NCBI GenBank assembly: GCA_024274695.1 | Contig: JAJSAI010000019.1 | Location: 23,265-87,264 of the forward strand | Reading direction: 5' to 3' | Length of the DNA: 64,000 nucleotides | Source: an archaeon | GTDB lineage: Archaea > B1Sed10-29 > JAJSAI01 | Shown: positions 46,776 through 56,245 of the stretch, one piece after another | Layout: every line of letters starts with the position of its first letter | Numbering within the stretch: position 1 is the first letter of the stretch | Program-made: the position numbers and the translations under genes | Notes under the pieces: model-generated | The model's database searches: none | What the model was told of the DNA's origin: nothing | The model's input: only the letters and a program-made list of their open reading frames with translations

Positions 46776-47528
46776 CTATGCGATGACGAGAGCCATCCCT
46801 CCCCTGATCCGGTTCGTTTCTATCCTCGGAAGGTTCTTGTATATGCTGACCTCCAGTTCTGAGGTGGGAGTGCCGCTCACGCACACCGGACAGTTCCTCA
46901 CGATGTGCCTGACATCATCCTCTGGGGGATGGTACTGCAGTCTAGAAACGAGGTTGTGGTATATTTCTATCTCTTCAACGTACCTTTCAACCTCTTCTTT
47001 TGAGGGCCTGTACTCCTGCAGCCCCATCTTCTTCCTCGTGTAGTCGGCCAGGATGACCGAGAGCGCGGCGGCTGTTCCTCCAGCGGACCGGATCGGTCCC
47101 GCGTAGTACACTTCCAGGCACTGGGTCCCGTCAGGATTGTCCAGGATCCTTGTTCCCGCGATCCCTTCTGTTGCGGCGGCTGGGACAGCTTCAGTGATTA
47201 TCGCCACCCCTGTTCTTATGCACTGTTCTGCCAGCTCCTCCCTGGAGCTGAACTCTCCGAACTTCCCCTCAACTATCTCTTCTATTATCTTGAACGTCAT
47301 CTTTTCTCTGTCCATTTCCTTGAGGAGTTCTCTTATCCTCTCTGCAACTCCCTTTGGCCCCACCAGCCCTTCCACTCTTGCGGCGAGGTCCGCGGCGGGA
47401 GGGATCTCAACCTCTGTTGTCACGTCCTTCCCTTTGGACCTGGCTAGCTTTGCCAGAGAGTAGCATTCTTCTGTCCTTTCACGCATGTGCTGCCAGTACC
47501 ACTCTGTTCTCTCGCGCTTTAGGCTCAT
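46776..47528 (-). CDS. DNA polymerase D large subunit (DP2), N-terminal 250-aa portion ending at an in-frame TAG.
   Basis: EVEIPPAADLAARVEGLVGPKGVAERIRELL and YYAGPIRSAGGTAAALSVILADY match the known DP2 N-terminus. Its ATG directly abuts the DP1 stop. Confidence 0.8.
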   Translation of the reverse strand: MSLKRERTEWYWQHMRERTEECYSLAKLARSKGKDVTTEVEIPPAADLAARVEGLVGPKGVAERIRELLKEMDREKMTFKIIEEIVEGKFGEFSSREELAEQCIRTGVAIITEAVPAAATEGIAGTRILDNPDGTQCLEVYYAGPIRSAGGTAAALSVILADYTRKKMGLQEYRPSKEEVERYVEEIEIYHNLVSRLQYHPPEDDVRHIVRNCPVCVSGTPTSELEVSIYKNLPRIETNRIRGGMALVIA

Positions 47529-49106
47529 TCAACTCCCCTTGTCAAAGCGGACTACTTTTATGTTCATCCTGTTCAGGTCTATCACGGGAAGCTGGCAGGG
47601 GGTTGGCTTGTGCCCTTGTTTCTGCTGGTATGGTGTTATCTGCTGCCACGTGCCCCCGTTCACTGACACGACACCGTTCTGGTTTAGGTACGCGTTCTTG
47701 TGAATGTGCCCTGTCAGGATCATGTCCGGAAGCTCGTCTATCGTCATTGGGTCATCTTCTGTTGGTATGAGCGGCTTCCCGCCGTAGAACGGGTGCAGGT
47801 GTCTTGTCATGAGCACCTTCCTCAGGATCTTCTCAGGCTCGTTGTACGTGACAGTGTTCACGTTTGCCACGATGTCGTCAAAGCTGGTTCCGTGGTACAA
47901 GAGCGTTTTTATACCGTGGACATTCCACCAGCTCGGGCTGGTCCCGAAGTGAACGTTCCCGAGTCCCTTCAGTTCTGGCACGAGCTCTGGAGGGATGCTG
48001 GGCTGAGGGTCAGCGGTCCTGACCCCGTCATGGTTTCCTGGTATTATTATCACGTGTACGTACTCTGGGATCTGGAGTATGTACTCCGAAAACTTCTTGT
48101 ACTGTTCGAACAGGTCCTCGTACTCGAGTTCTTCCTCTTGTCCGGGGTATATCCCGATACCGTCTACAAGGTCGCCGGTTATTATCACGTACTTTACTTT
48201 TTCCGCGATCCGCAGGTACTTTTCGTTGTCCGTGTCCCCGTTGAGCCAGGCGATCATCTTCTCAAAGTTTTTCTTCATGAAAAGCTTGCTTCCAACGTGA
48301 GGGTCGGAGATGACTGCTGCCATCACCTCTTCTCCTGCCGATGCAGGGTCCTTCTTAGGCACTCCCGGTTCTATTATTGACTTTGCTATGAGCAGGCTCC
48401 CGTTGCCTTTACGCACGTCCACGGCGACGACCGTGTCGAGCAGAAGATCTTCTGCCAGCGCCATGAGCTGGTTATCGCTTTTCGGCACGAGCACGTTCGC
48501 CCGCCCGGTATCGTCCTCTAGGGTTATCATCAGGTGCCCGTTCTTCGTTCTCCTCTTCTCGTAGACGAGTCCTGCTATTCTGAGTTCTCTTTCTTTTCTT
48601 TTCCTCACATCGGTTATTTTCGTGATGCTCCCTCTTCTCCTGAGGATCTTGACCGTTTTCTCGTACCTGCTCCTGAAGTACGCCACGAAGTCTTCAACAT
48701 TCCCTCTGCTCAGGACTTCAGCGTCCCTTATCTTTTCCACCCTCGCCTCAACTTCTCTGGCGAGTGGCCTGAAAGAAGAAGGTCTTCTGACAACCACCTT
48801 CTTTTCTTCTTGGACGATCTTGGTCTTCTCCTTTTCCTGCAGGTCCTCGGGGGTCACGAAAAGTTTTCCGGAGCACTTCTCGGTTATCCTGTTGACGAGT
48901 TCTTCGGGGTTTTCAGATGATAGAACGAGCTTGACTGTTTCAGGAGCGAGGAGGAATCCTTTTTCTTCCAGGATCCTTATTGCCTCGCTTCCGTCCATAC
49001 TACACACTGTCCAATGTCTTTTTGGGATAGGGCCCGGGAGGAGAGGGGCTCCCAGGCCCAAAATCAGCTGGAACTGGGTGTAACCTCTGAACAAAAAGTT
49101 TCTCAC
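47529..49106 (-). CDS. DNA polymerase D small subunit (DP1, Mre11-like phosphoesterase).
   Basis: Metallophosphatase motifs GDLVDG and IIPGNHDGV, plus an N-terminal OB domain. Confidence 0.9.
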   Translation of the reverse strand: MRNFLFRGYTQFQLILGLGAPLLPGPIPKRHWTVCSMDGSEAIRILEEKGFLLAPETVKLVLSSENPEELVNRITEKCSGKLFVTPEDLQEKEKTKIVQEEKKVVVRRPSSFRPLAREVEARVEKIRDAEVLSRGNVEDFVAYFRSRYEKTVKILRRRGSITKITDVRKRKERELRIAGLVYEKRRTKNGHLMITLEDDTGRANVLVPKSDNQLMALAEDLLLDTVVAVDVRKGNGSLLIAKSIIEPGVPKKDPASAGEEVMAAVISDPHVGSKLFMKKNFEKMIAWLNGDTDNEKYLRIAEKVKYVIITGDLVDGIGIYPGQEEELEYEDLFEQYKKFSEYILQIPEYVHVIIIPGNHDGVRTADPQPSIPPELVPELKGLGNVHFGTSPSWWNVHGIKTLLYHGTSFDDIVANVNTVTYNEPEKILRKVLMTRHLHPFYGGKPLIPTEDDPMTIDELPDMILTGHIHKNAYLNQNGVVSVNGGTWQQITPYQQKQGHKPTPCQLPVIDLNRMNIKVVRFDKGS

Positions 49107-49153
49107 AGGTTGTATATTAACTTTTCCTCCGCGCCGGGCCTCTTGTCCTGTTT

Positions 49154-50287
49154 TTACCTGGTCGTCTTGAGCTCCATGAGCTCTTCCAGCATCTTCCTGG
49201 GTCCTGGCTTTTCAAAGTGTTTCCTGACCGGCTCGAGCATTTTTATTATCTCCCTGGCGACAGCGCTCTTCAGGTCAGCTGGGTGGAGCTCTTTCTTGGC
49301 GAACGCCTGCTCCAGCTCTTGGAACGTTTCAAAGGTAACATCCCCTCCGAACTTGGCCGGCCTCTCGACGTGCAGCGCGAACCCTGGCCTGGAGAAGAGT
49401 ATTTTTTCAGCCCAGTCCAGCACCGGGTTAAAGTCTGTTTCTCCCGGCAGGCAGAATGCCTTGTTTATCTTCCTCTCTATTTCCTCCGGAGGATCGTGCA
49501 CGAACACGCACGTGTCTGGTTTGCTCTTGCTCATTTTCATGGCCGCGATCACTTCTTTGAGGTTCTCCTGGCTCACTGGCCATACTGGTGGTTTCCCGAG
49601 CCCCAGGAGGAGGGGGTGGTGTACTGCGACAGGCTTTATCCTTTCTCCTTTAGCGTTCTTGAGCGTGCTGAACCTCAGCTTTAGCCCAACGTCCCTTGCT
49701 ATCACGTGCGCTTTCCTCTGGTCAGCCCCGGAGTGTGATATGTTCACGCCCTGAACGAAAATGTCTGCCACCTGCATCGCGGGGTATATTAGTTTCGCGA
49801 AGTCAACCTCTTCCCCTTCTTTTCTCCCTAGTATCGTTATGCTCCGCCTCATTCTCCCGAGGGTGGTGTGCTTGCTCACGTCTATTACAGTCCTCCAGTA
49901 CTCGTCGTTATTGTGGTACAGGTCACTTCCGAGCACGAACTTTACCTTGTCAGGGTCTCCCCCAACAGCCTTCAGGCTTGCTTTCAGGCCCTCCTTGAAG
50001 TATCCTCCGGCCACCCTCTTTATCGTCTCAAGGTCTCCTCCAAGCTTGTCGTTGATCCAGCTGTGCCAGTCCGCGAGGAATATTGAACAGTCCACTCCAG
50101 CCTGCTGGAAGTCCCTGACCTTGCCCATGCACATTATTCCCGTCCCGAGGTGGATCATTCCAGAAATCTCAAACCCTATGTAGTGCTTTAGAGGGGTGCC
50201 TGTTTCTATCAGGCTCATGAGGTCCTCTGGAGTGAGCACTTCTTCAGTGTTCCTGGTTATCAGTTCAAACCTCTCTTGAGCGTCCAT
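49154..50287 (-). CDS. trpS: Tryptophanyl-tRNA synthetase.
   Basis: Class-I HIGH-like GMIHLGT and KMSKS (KMSKSKP). Confidence 0.9.
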   Translation of the reverse strand: MDAQERFELITRNTEEVLTPEDLMSLIETGTPLKHYIGFEISGMIHLGTGIMCMGKVRDFQQAGVDCSIFLADWHSWINDKLGGDLETIKRVAGGYFKEGLKASLKAVGGDPDKVKFVLGSDLYHNNDEYWRTVIDVSKHTTLGRMRRSITILGRKEGEEVDFAKLIYPAMQVADIFVQGVNISHSGADQRKAHVIARDVGLKLRFSTLKNAKGERIKPVAVHHPLLLGLGKPPVWPVSQENLKEVIAAMKMSKSKPDTCVFVHDPPEEIERKINKAFCLPGETDFNPVLDWAEKILFSRPGFALHVERPAKFGGDVTFETFQELEQAFAKKELHPADLKSAVAREIIKMLEPVRKHFEKPGPRKMLEELMELKTTR

Positions 50288-50482
50288 TCAATCATCCTCC
50301 TCAAAAACGTTCCTGGATACGGGCCGCAGGACCTTATCCTGCGCACTCTTTGTTAGCACGATATGGTTTTTATTATCTTGCACTATCAGAAGGTCTCCGG
50401 GAGAAACGCCAACGCTTCTCCGAACCTTTTCCGGGATCACGATTCTTCCTCTTTCGTCCCTCCTGACTATAAAGACGTTCAC
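50288..50482 (-). CDS. AbrB/SpoVT (MazE-like) swapped-hairpin DNA-binding protein.
   Basis: RRDERGRIVIPEKVRRSVGVSPGDLLIV motif. Its stop abuts the trpS ATG. Confidence 0.5.
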   Translation of the reverse strand: MNVFIVRRDERGRIVIPEKVRRSVGVSPGDLLIVQDNKNHIVLTKSAQDKVLRPVSRNVFEEDD

Positions 50483-50649
50483 CCATCCTCTCTCACTCTC
50501 CTGAGTTCTGCCGGAGGCGTTCAGAGAAAAAGCTGGGGAAAACGTTTACCCTGTTTTCAGGAATAAAGGCACTCGCCCCTCATCAAATGCACCTGGTTTT
50601 TACTAAGTCTTTTTCCCCGTATAAAAAGGTAGGGGGTTTTCACGGTTTC

Positions 50650-50940
50650 TTATTTCAGTTCTTCTTTGAGCTTTTCCAGTTCAGAGATTATGTTCCATAT
50701 CTCCGTCCTTGTGTGGAAGGGCATGTTGATGTCGTTGGAGATCTCCTCGAGCGCGTATATCGCGCTCGCGATCCTCATCTCTATCTCTTCTTTCCCCTTC
50801 TCGCACGCCTTGATCAGGTTTTCTTTGTTCTCCCTGACCACGTTTTTTATGTTCCTCGGGACTTCGTTGTCCTCCAGTATTGGATCCATGATGAGTACAA
50901 TTTGGTCTATTCTTCCTTTCACGTCCTCCATTCTCAACAC
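50650..50940 (-). CDS. Small conserved archaeal helical protein (UPF0147-like).
   Basis: 96-aa helical ORF. The family assignment is tentative. Confidence 0.35.
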   Translation of the reverse strand: MLRMEDVKGRIDQIVLIMDPILEDNEVPRNIKNVVRENKENLIKACEKGKEEIEMRIASAIYALEEISNDINMPFHTRTEIWNIISELEKLKEELK

Positions 50941-51012
50941 CTCTTTTCTTTAGAAGAAGGTTTTTTCCTCTCTTCCTTCTGCCCGCTGGTTAAGAGAATA
51001 AGAGCAGGTCAT

Positions 51013-51930
51013 TTAAAAGTTTTGCCCAAAAAACTCTCTCACTATCTTTTCGGCGGTTTCTTTTACCTGTTTTTCGTCCCTAGCGTCTATTATTGTCATG
51101 GCATCCTCGGGCTTTTCTTTTGTGACGTCACCGTGGGTCGCCAGTATTATCATTTTACAGGGTTTCATTTCCTCTTTTATCTTCTTCGCAAGGGAGAGCT
51201 GTCTTTCAAGGCTCATGCCGCAGTATTCGCTGGGGTCTACTAGGAACAGGATGTTTTTTGACACGTGCTTCAACGCGGCGACCGCCCTCTTTTCTATCTT
51301 GTTCCTTTTCTCAGCAGGCCTGTCAAGAAGCCCGGGAGTGTCAATCCACTGCACCGTCAGCAGGCCGTGCTTGGACGTGCCTATGAGGATGTTCTTGGTC
51401 GTGAACGGGTATGGCCTGACCTCTACCTTTCTTCCTGAAACGTTCTTCAAGAACTCTGATTTTCCCACGTTCGGCGGGCCCGCTATTATCACGGTAGGCC
51501 TTTCTTTCACCTTAGGGATCTTGGGCAGCACCGCGTGAAACTTTTCCATCTCCCTGAAGTCCAGCTTCTTCACCACGCTCTTTACCCTGCCGTAGTACTC
51601 CCTGCGGTAGTCCCCAGACTCCCTGTAGTTCCTTGAGTACTTCACCTTCAGCTTGTACTCGTCCCTCAGCCTCCTTATTATCTTCATGGACTCTTTTGTC
51701 TGCCTCCTGTCGTTCCTCAGTTTCCTGAGGTCAACGAACGTTGACATGATCTCCTTTTCAAAGGGAGAAAGGCTTGTTCTGCTGTTCTTCAGAAGCCGGT
51801 TCAGCTTGTCGAGTATGACGTTCGTGAAGACAGTAACCCTTACCACATCTGCTTTTACCTTGTCCTTTTCTTTTCCCGCCTCTTTCCTGGCGGAGGCCAT
51901 CGCCTTTTCCAGGAGCTCTTTTGGGGTCAT
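51013..51930 (-). CDS. Nog1-family GTP-binding protein.
   Basis: N-terminal helical domain, then GPPNVGKS (G1), DTPG (G3), THGD. Confidence 0.75.
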   Translation of the reverse strand: MTPKELLEKAMASARKEAGKEKDKVKADVVRVTVFTNVILDKLNRLLKNSRTSLSPFEKEIMSTFVDLRKLRNDRRQTKESMKIIRRLRDEYKLKVKYSRNYRESGDYRREYYGRVKSVVKKLDFREMEKFHAVLPKIPKVKERPTVIIAGPPNVGKSEFLKNVSGRKVEVRPYPFTTKNILIGTSKHGLLTVQWIDTPGLLDRPAEKRNKIEKRAVAALKHVSKNILFLVDPSEYCGMSLERQLSLAKKIKEEMKPCKMIILATHGDVTKEKPEDAMTIIDARDEKQVKETAEKIVREFFGQNF

Positions 51931-51990
51931 CCGAATCAGGTATATTGGGGCTGGGAAGTAATAAATACTTCTTCTTCCTCTCCTTCAAGC

Positions 51991-52737
51991 ATGAGAGCCT
52001 TCCTGTTGGTCCTGCTGCTGACCGTCACAGCAGGCCTTGCACAGTGCTCGGACTATTCTCAGAAGGCAGATTCTCTCGCCAGCTCGTGCGACTTTCACAG
52101 CATCCTTTCAGGACAGCCTAACGTATACCACTGTTTTGAGGCTGGAAAGAGTTACATTGACGCTGCAGAATGCGTTTCCTTGTACGGAGGAGACCCTTCA
52201 CAGTACTACGAGAAAGCGTTGTACTATCTTGAAAACTCTATCCCGAAACTTTCCGAGGAAGGAGACCATCCTGCTAAAGCAAGGGCTTACGAGAACATCG
52301 CGAGAGTGTACGCGGATAAGGGAGACCTTTCCTCTGCAGAGGAGAACTACCAGCTGGCGGTCAGGGAGTACTCCCTTGCCAGAGAATACTCTGAAGCGGA
52401 CAGGGTGAGGCAGCTGATAGCATCTCTTGGCCTGGAGCAGGAGAGCCCTGAAGAACAGGGGGTTGTGAACCCCGAGCTGGGCGAGAGCATGCTCTCGTAC
52501 TACTTCATGATAGCGGTCAGCGCCACGGTTCTCGCACTCTTTTTCCTGATAGCGTTCAGGGTGAAGAGGAGAAGGAAGTCTCCTGAGCTAGTGGTCAGAC
52601 ACGCTTCCTCCGCAAGGCGGGAGGAAAAGCCCTCAGAACCGGAAAAAACGGTTGAAGAAGAGAAGGAGGCCCGGGCCAAGAGCGCGAAGGAGAGGGTGAA
52701 AGAAAAGCTCAGGAGAAAGTACGCTCCCAGAAAGTGA
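51991..52737 (+). CDS. Secreted TPR-like helical protein with a single TM and a basic cytoplasmic tail.
   Basis: Signal peptide MRAFLLVLLLTVTAGLAQC, TM MIAVSATVLALFFLIAF, K/R/E tail. Confidence 0.35.
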   Translation: MRAFLLVLLLTVTAGLAQCSDYSQKADSLASSCDFHSILSGQPNVYHCFEAGKSYIDAAECVSLYGGDPSQYYEKALYYLENSIPKLSEEGDHPAKARAYENIARVYADKGDLSSAEENYQLAVREYSLAREYSEADRVRQLIASLGLEQESPEEQGVVNPELGESMLSYYFMIAVSATVLALFFLIAFRVKRRRKSPELVVRHASSARREEKPSEPEKTVEEEKEARAKSAKERVKEKLRRKYAPRK

Positions 52738-52761
52738 TACATTTTTTTATGCTGTTTCCCT

Positions 52762-54477
52762 ATGTATGCGGGCATGTTCGAACTGAAAGACAGGGACCTG
52801 GGAGCGAGAATCGGTGTTCTGAGCACTAGCCATGGGAAGATAACCACTCCTGCAGTGCTCCCAGTAATAAACCCCGTTTCCCAGGCTGTTCCAGCAGAAG
52901 AGCTTTCTGAGATGGGTGCCCAGGCTGTTATCACAAACGCGTACCTCATCTGGAAAAATAAAAGAGAGGAAGCGCTTTCTCAAGGGGTCCATGGCCTGAT
53001 CGGATTCCACGGGCCCGTGATGACAGACTCTGGGGCGTACCAGATGATGGAGTACGGGGAAGTCTCCGTGTCAAACCAGGACATCATAGACTTCCAGCGT
53101 GACATCGGCGTGGACATCGGAGTGATCCTGGACCACCCCACCGCGAGCAGGGACAGGAAGGATGTGGAACAAGCGGTTGAAGACACTCTCCTCGCGGCAG
53201 AAGAAGCCGTCCTTCCGGAAGGAGTGCTCTGGGCAGGGCCAGTGCAGGGGACGGGCTTCCCTGACCTGCAGCAGGAGTGCGCTAGAAGACTTTCCGAAAT
53301 GCCCTTCGCAGTCCACCCCGTAGGATCCATAGTTCCCCGGATGATAGAGTACGACTTCAAGACGGTCGTGGAGGCAGTGGTCACCGTAAGGGAGAATGTT
53401 CCTGCTGACAGGCCCGTGCATGCCTTCGGAGCAGGCCATCCCATGTTTTTTGCTCTTCTCGTGGCAGCGGGAGCAGATCTTTTCGACTCCGCCGCCTACG
53501 CGCTGTACGCTAAGGACAAGAGATACCTGACGGAGCACGGCACGCTGAGAGCAGACGAGCTCTCTGAGCTACCCTGCTCCTGCCCGGTTTGCTCCTCGTT
53601 CACGCCAAAAGAAATCGCGGAGGACGAGGGACTGCTCTCCAGGCACAACCTCTACGTTACCTTTGAAGAAATGAGGAGGATAAGGCAGGCCATCCGGGAC
53701 AAGACTCTTTTCGAGCTACTTGAAGAAAGGGTAAGAGCCCATCCCAAGCTCGTGCCCGCCTTCAGGCAGCTGCTCAGGCACAAGAAGTACCTGGAAGAAC
53801 TTGACTGGTTCCCTAAAAAGAGGGTGATGGAACTAAGCGAGCTGACCAAGAGCAGGCCTGACGTGAGAAGAGCGAAGAGCATGGTGGAAAGGACGAGGAA
53901 GCTGCTGAAGCAGAGGACAGTTGAGCTCCCGTTGTACGGGCAGGTCCCCTACCCCGTCCTGGACTGCTATCCCTTTTCTCAGACGGTGTTCCAGAAAGAC
54001 CTTGAACTGTCATGCCCCGAATGGGTTGGAATGGAGGAAAAGGTGCGGGCTGCGAGCGTGTACTGGTTCGGGTTGGACATTTTCCCGCGGGACATCAGAG
54101 TAGACTATTCTCCCAAGACGAGAAGGGTGAGGGCCGTGTACCATAACCGAGAACTCCTTGCAACGTTCAGGGCAAGCGACTTTTACATAATCCTTCACGG
54201 GGGAGCGCGTTTCTTGCACGGGAAAACAAGGCCTCCTGCTTTTAGAGTGGTGGTGTCAGATCCTGAAGCGGTCAAGTACGCAAGAGAAGGGAGGACTGTC
54301 TTTGCCAAGTTCGTGGCCGACGCGGACCCCGGAATAGTACCGGGACAGCAGGTCCTGGTGACAGACCCTGAGGACAACCTTCTGGGAGCGGGAACAGCCC
54401 TGTTGAACGCGAGGGAAATGAAGGAGTTCTCAAGGGGGCCTGCTGTGATCACGCGCTGGAGCGTTTCAAGATCCTGA
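52762..54477 (+). CDS. tgtA: Archaeosine tRNA-guanine transglycosylase (with C-terminal PUA-like region).
   Basis: TGT catalytic-domain motifs DSGAYQ and the zinc site CSCPVCSSF, 571 aa. Confidence 0.85.
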   Translation: MYAGMFELKDRDLGARIGVLSTSHGKITTPAVLPVINPVSQAVPAEELSEMGAQAVITNAYLIWKNKREEALSQGVHGLIGFHGPVMTDSGAYQMMEYGEVSVSNQDIIDFQRDIGVDIGVILDHPTASRDRKDVEQAVEDTLLAAEEAVLPEGVLWAGPVQGTGFPDLQQECARRLSEMPFAVHPVGSIVPRMIEYDFKTVVEAVVTVRENVPADRPVHAFGAGHPMFFALLVAAGADLFDSAAYALYAKDKRYLTEHGTLRADELSELPCSCPVCSSFTPKEIAEDEGLLSRHNLYVTFEEMRRIRQAIRDKTLFELLEERVRAHPKLVPAFRQLLRHKKYLEELDWFPKKRVMELSELTKSRPDVRRAKSMVERTRKLLKQRTVELPLYGQVPYPVLDCYPFSQTVFQKDLELSCPEWVGMEEKVRAASVYWFGLDIFPRDIRVDYSPKTRRVRAVYHNRELLATFRASDFYIILHGGARFLHGKTRPPAFRVVVSDPEAVKYAREGRTVFAKFVADADPGIVPGQQVLVTDPEDNLLGAGTALLNAREMKEFSRGPAVITRWSVSRS

Positions 54478-55168
54478 AACCCTCTGCCTTTCTTCCCCAC
54501 ACGAAAAACCCTGGGAATCCCAGGCTCTCTGGTTCTATGCCTACTTTTTTCTTGAGCCTAAGCTTCTGGTGGTCCAGGACTATCCCCTGAACGTTGATGA
54601 AACCTTCTTCTTCCATGATCTTGTGAACGTTCTCGTTCACCACTGGCGAAAAGTATCCGAGAAGCCCCCCGTTCTTCAAGCACTTCTTAACATGAGGGAT
54701 AACCCTTTCAGGCTCTCCGAGGTCCAGGAAGACCGCGTCGTACGCTTCTTCTTCGCTGCATTCGGTCACGTCCGTGTTCACGAGCCTGACGCTGGTCCCG
54801 GAGAGGTTTTCTTTGGCTATCTCGTAGAACCTTTTTTCTTTCTCGTAGGAGACCACGTCAGCACCCCAGTTCCAGGCAAGGAAAGCGACTGCTCCTGACC
54901 CTGTTCCCGCGTCAAGAAGCCTTGTCCCTCTTCTGACCCCGAGCATGGCGAGCATTATCCCTGCGTCATAAGGGTAGACGGGCCTTCCTCCCATCCTGAA
55001 CATTTCAACATCTTCCTGCAGGCTGGCCCTGCAGGCGAAGAACGTCTTCCCGTCACAGGTTATGATCCCTTCCCTGTCAACTTTCACCTTGCCGAACCTT
55101 GTTTTCGCGGTCCCGTTCTTGACAGGATACTTCCTGCCCCTCTGATCGTACACTACCAGGCCCATCAT
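54449..55168 (-). CDS. trmI: tRNA (adenine57/58-N1)-methyltransferase TrmI.
   Basis: SAM-MTase LDAGTGSGAV motif and DVFLDLGEP. The assignment follows the Gcd14/TrmI architecture. Confidence 0.7.
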   Translation of the reverse strand: MMGLVVYDQRGRKYPVKNGTAKTRFGKVKVDREGIITCDGKTFFACRASLQEDVEMFRMGGRPVYPYDAGIMLAMLGVRRGTRLLDAGTGSGAVAFLAWNWGADVVSYEKEKRFYEIAKENLSGTSVRLVNTDVTECSEEEAYDAVFLDLGEPERVIPHVKKCLKNGGLLGYFSPVVNENVHKIMEEEGFINVQGIVLDHQKLRLKKKVGIEPESLGFPGFFVWGRKAEGFRILKRSSA

Positions 55169-55213
55169 TTACCTCCTCCCAAACAAAACTTATTTAACAC
55201 TACTCTTTTTATA

Positions 55214-56245
55214 TTGTTGGAGCATAGTACCCAGAAGAATAGCGGGCGAGAGGCGTTTGACTTGGACCTGACGGTAATGTATTCTGGAAACAACTACAAG
55301 AAGCTTCTTGTGATACCCCTCGTGCTTGCCGTGGTGTTCGCGTACTTCGCCATGCACGTCAAGCCGGGGATAGAGTTCGCTGGAGGCACGATGATCTCTT
55401 TTCCCACGAACTCGAGCCCTGAAGAGATTGAAAAGGGCTTGGCATCACACTTTTCTTTAGAGGAGCTTAAAGTGAGAAGAGCCTCTGGCGCCATTTCAGG
55501 AGTCATAGTAGAATTCAAGGGAGAATCTTCCCTTGAAAAAGCCCGGGAAGCCTACGCCTCAGGTGACTACGAGGAAGTGTTCAAGGCCCTCGGAGAACCT
55601 GTTCCCGCGGACGGGAACATCACAGACCAGGCGTTTAAACTGTACAATTCCAGGAAGACCGAGTTCACGTCAAAACTATCCCAGTTCATCTCTTCAGAAT
55701 ACGGTGTGAACCCGAAGGACATCTCAGTAAGAGAGGTGGGCCCTTCCCTGGGAACCGTTTTCCTGTCCCAGATGGAGAGCGCGCTGGCGTTCGCCTTCGT
55801 GCTCATGAGCATGCTCGTGTTCTTCTTCTTCCGGAAGGTCCTTGTCTCGCTTGCGGTCATACAAGCGGCCTTGTTTGACGTGCTCGTGGGCCTCGGATTC
55901 ATAGGTTTGGCGGGAATACCCCTGAGCCTGGCGAGCGTGGCCCCCCTGCTAATGCTCATAGGGTATTCTGTGGACACTGACATAATGCTGAGCGATAGGG
56001 TGCTAGGAAGAAAGGAGGGCACTCCCGAACAGAGACTATTCTCTGCCATGAAGACAGGATTGACCATGACAGGAACAACCATCGCCGCTCTCGCGGCCCT
56101 TTACGTTGTGGCTGCAATAGGAGGGGTGGAAACACTTTCCATGATAGCCCTCATCCTACTGGTGGGCTTGTTAGGAGACCTGGTCTCCACGTGGTGCACT
56201 AACGCTTCAATACTACTCTGGATAAGCAGGAGGAGTAAAAAGTGA
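55214..56245 (+). CDS. secF: Protein-export membrane protein SecF.
   Basis: GIEFAGGT motif and C-terminal 6 TM. ATGA-type overlap with secD. Confidence 0.65.
   Translation: MLEHSTQKNSGREAFDLDLTVMYSGNNYKKLLVIPLVLAVVFAYFAMHVKPGIEFAGGTMISFPTNSSPEEIEKGLASHFSLEELKVRRASGAISGVIVEFKGESSLEKAREAYASGDYEEVFKALGEPVPADGNITDQAFKLYNSRKTEFTSKLSQFISSEYGVNPKDISVREVGPSLGTVFLSQMESALAFAFVLMSMLVFFFFRKVLVSLAVIQAALFDVLVGLGFIGLAGIPLSLASVAPLLMLIGYSVDTDIMLSDRVLGRKEGTPEQRLFSAMKTGLTMTGTTIAALAALYVVAAIGGVETLSMIALILLVGLLGDLVSTWCTNASILLWISRRSKK

Noticed and set aside
41684-47528. Genome-wide TAG reassignment (for example pyrrolysine) as the explanation for the DP2 in-frame TAG
   Set aside because: TAG cleanly terminates cdc6, nac and the Fap7-type kinase at their expected ends, and a TAA also interrupts the DUF92 gene. 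General recoding is unlikely. Local error, pseudogenisation or a split gene is more parsimonious, but site-specific readthrough cannot be excluded from sequence alone.
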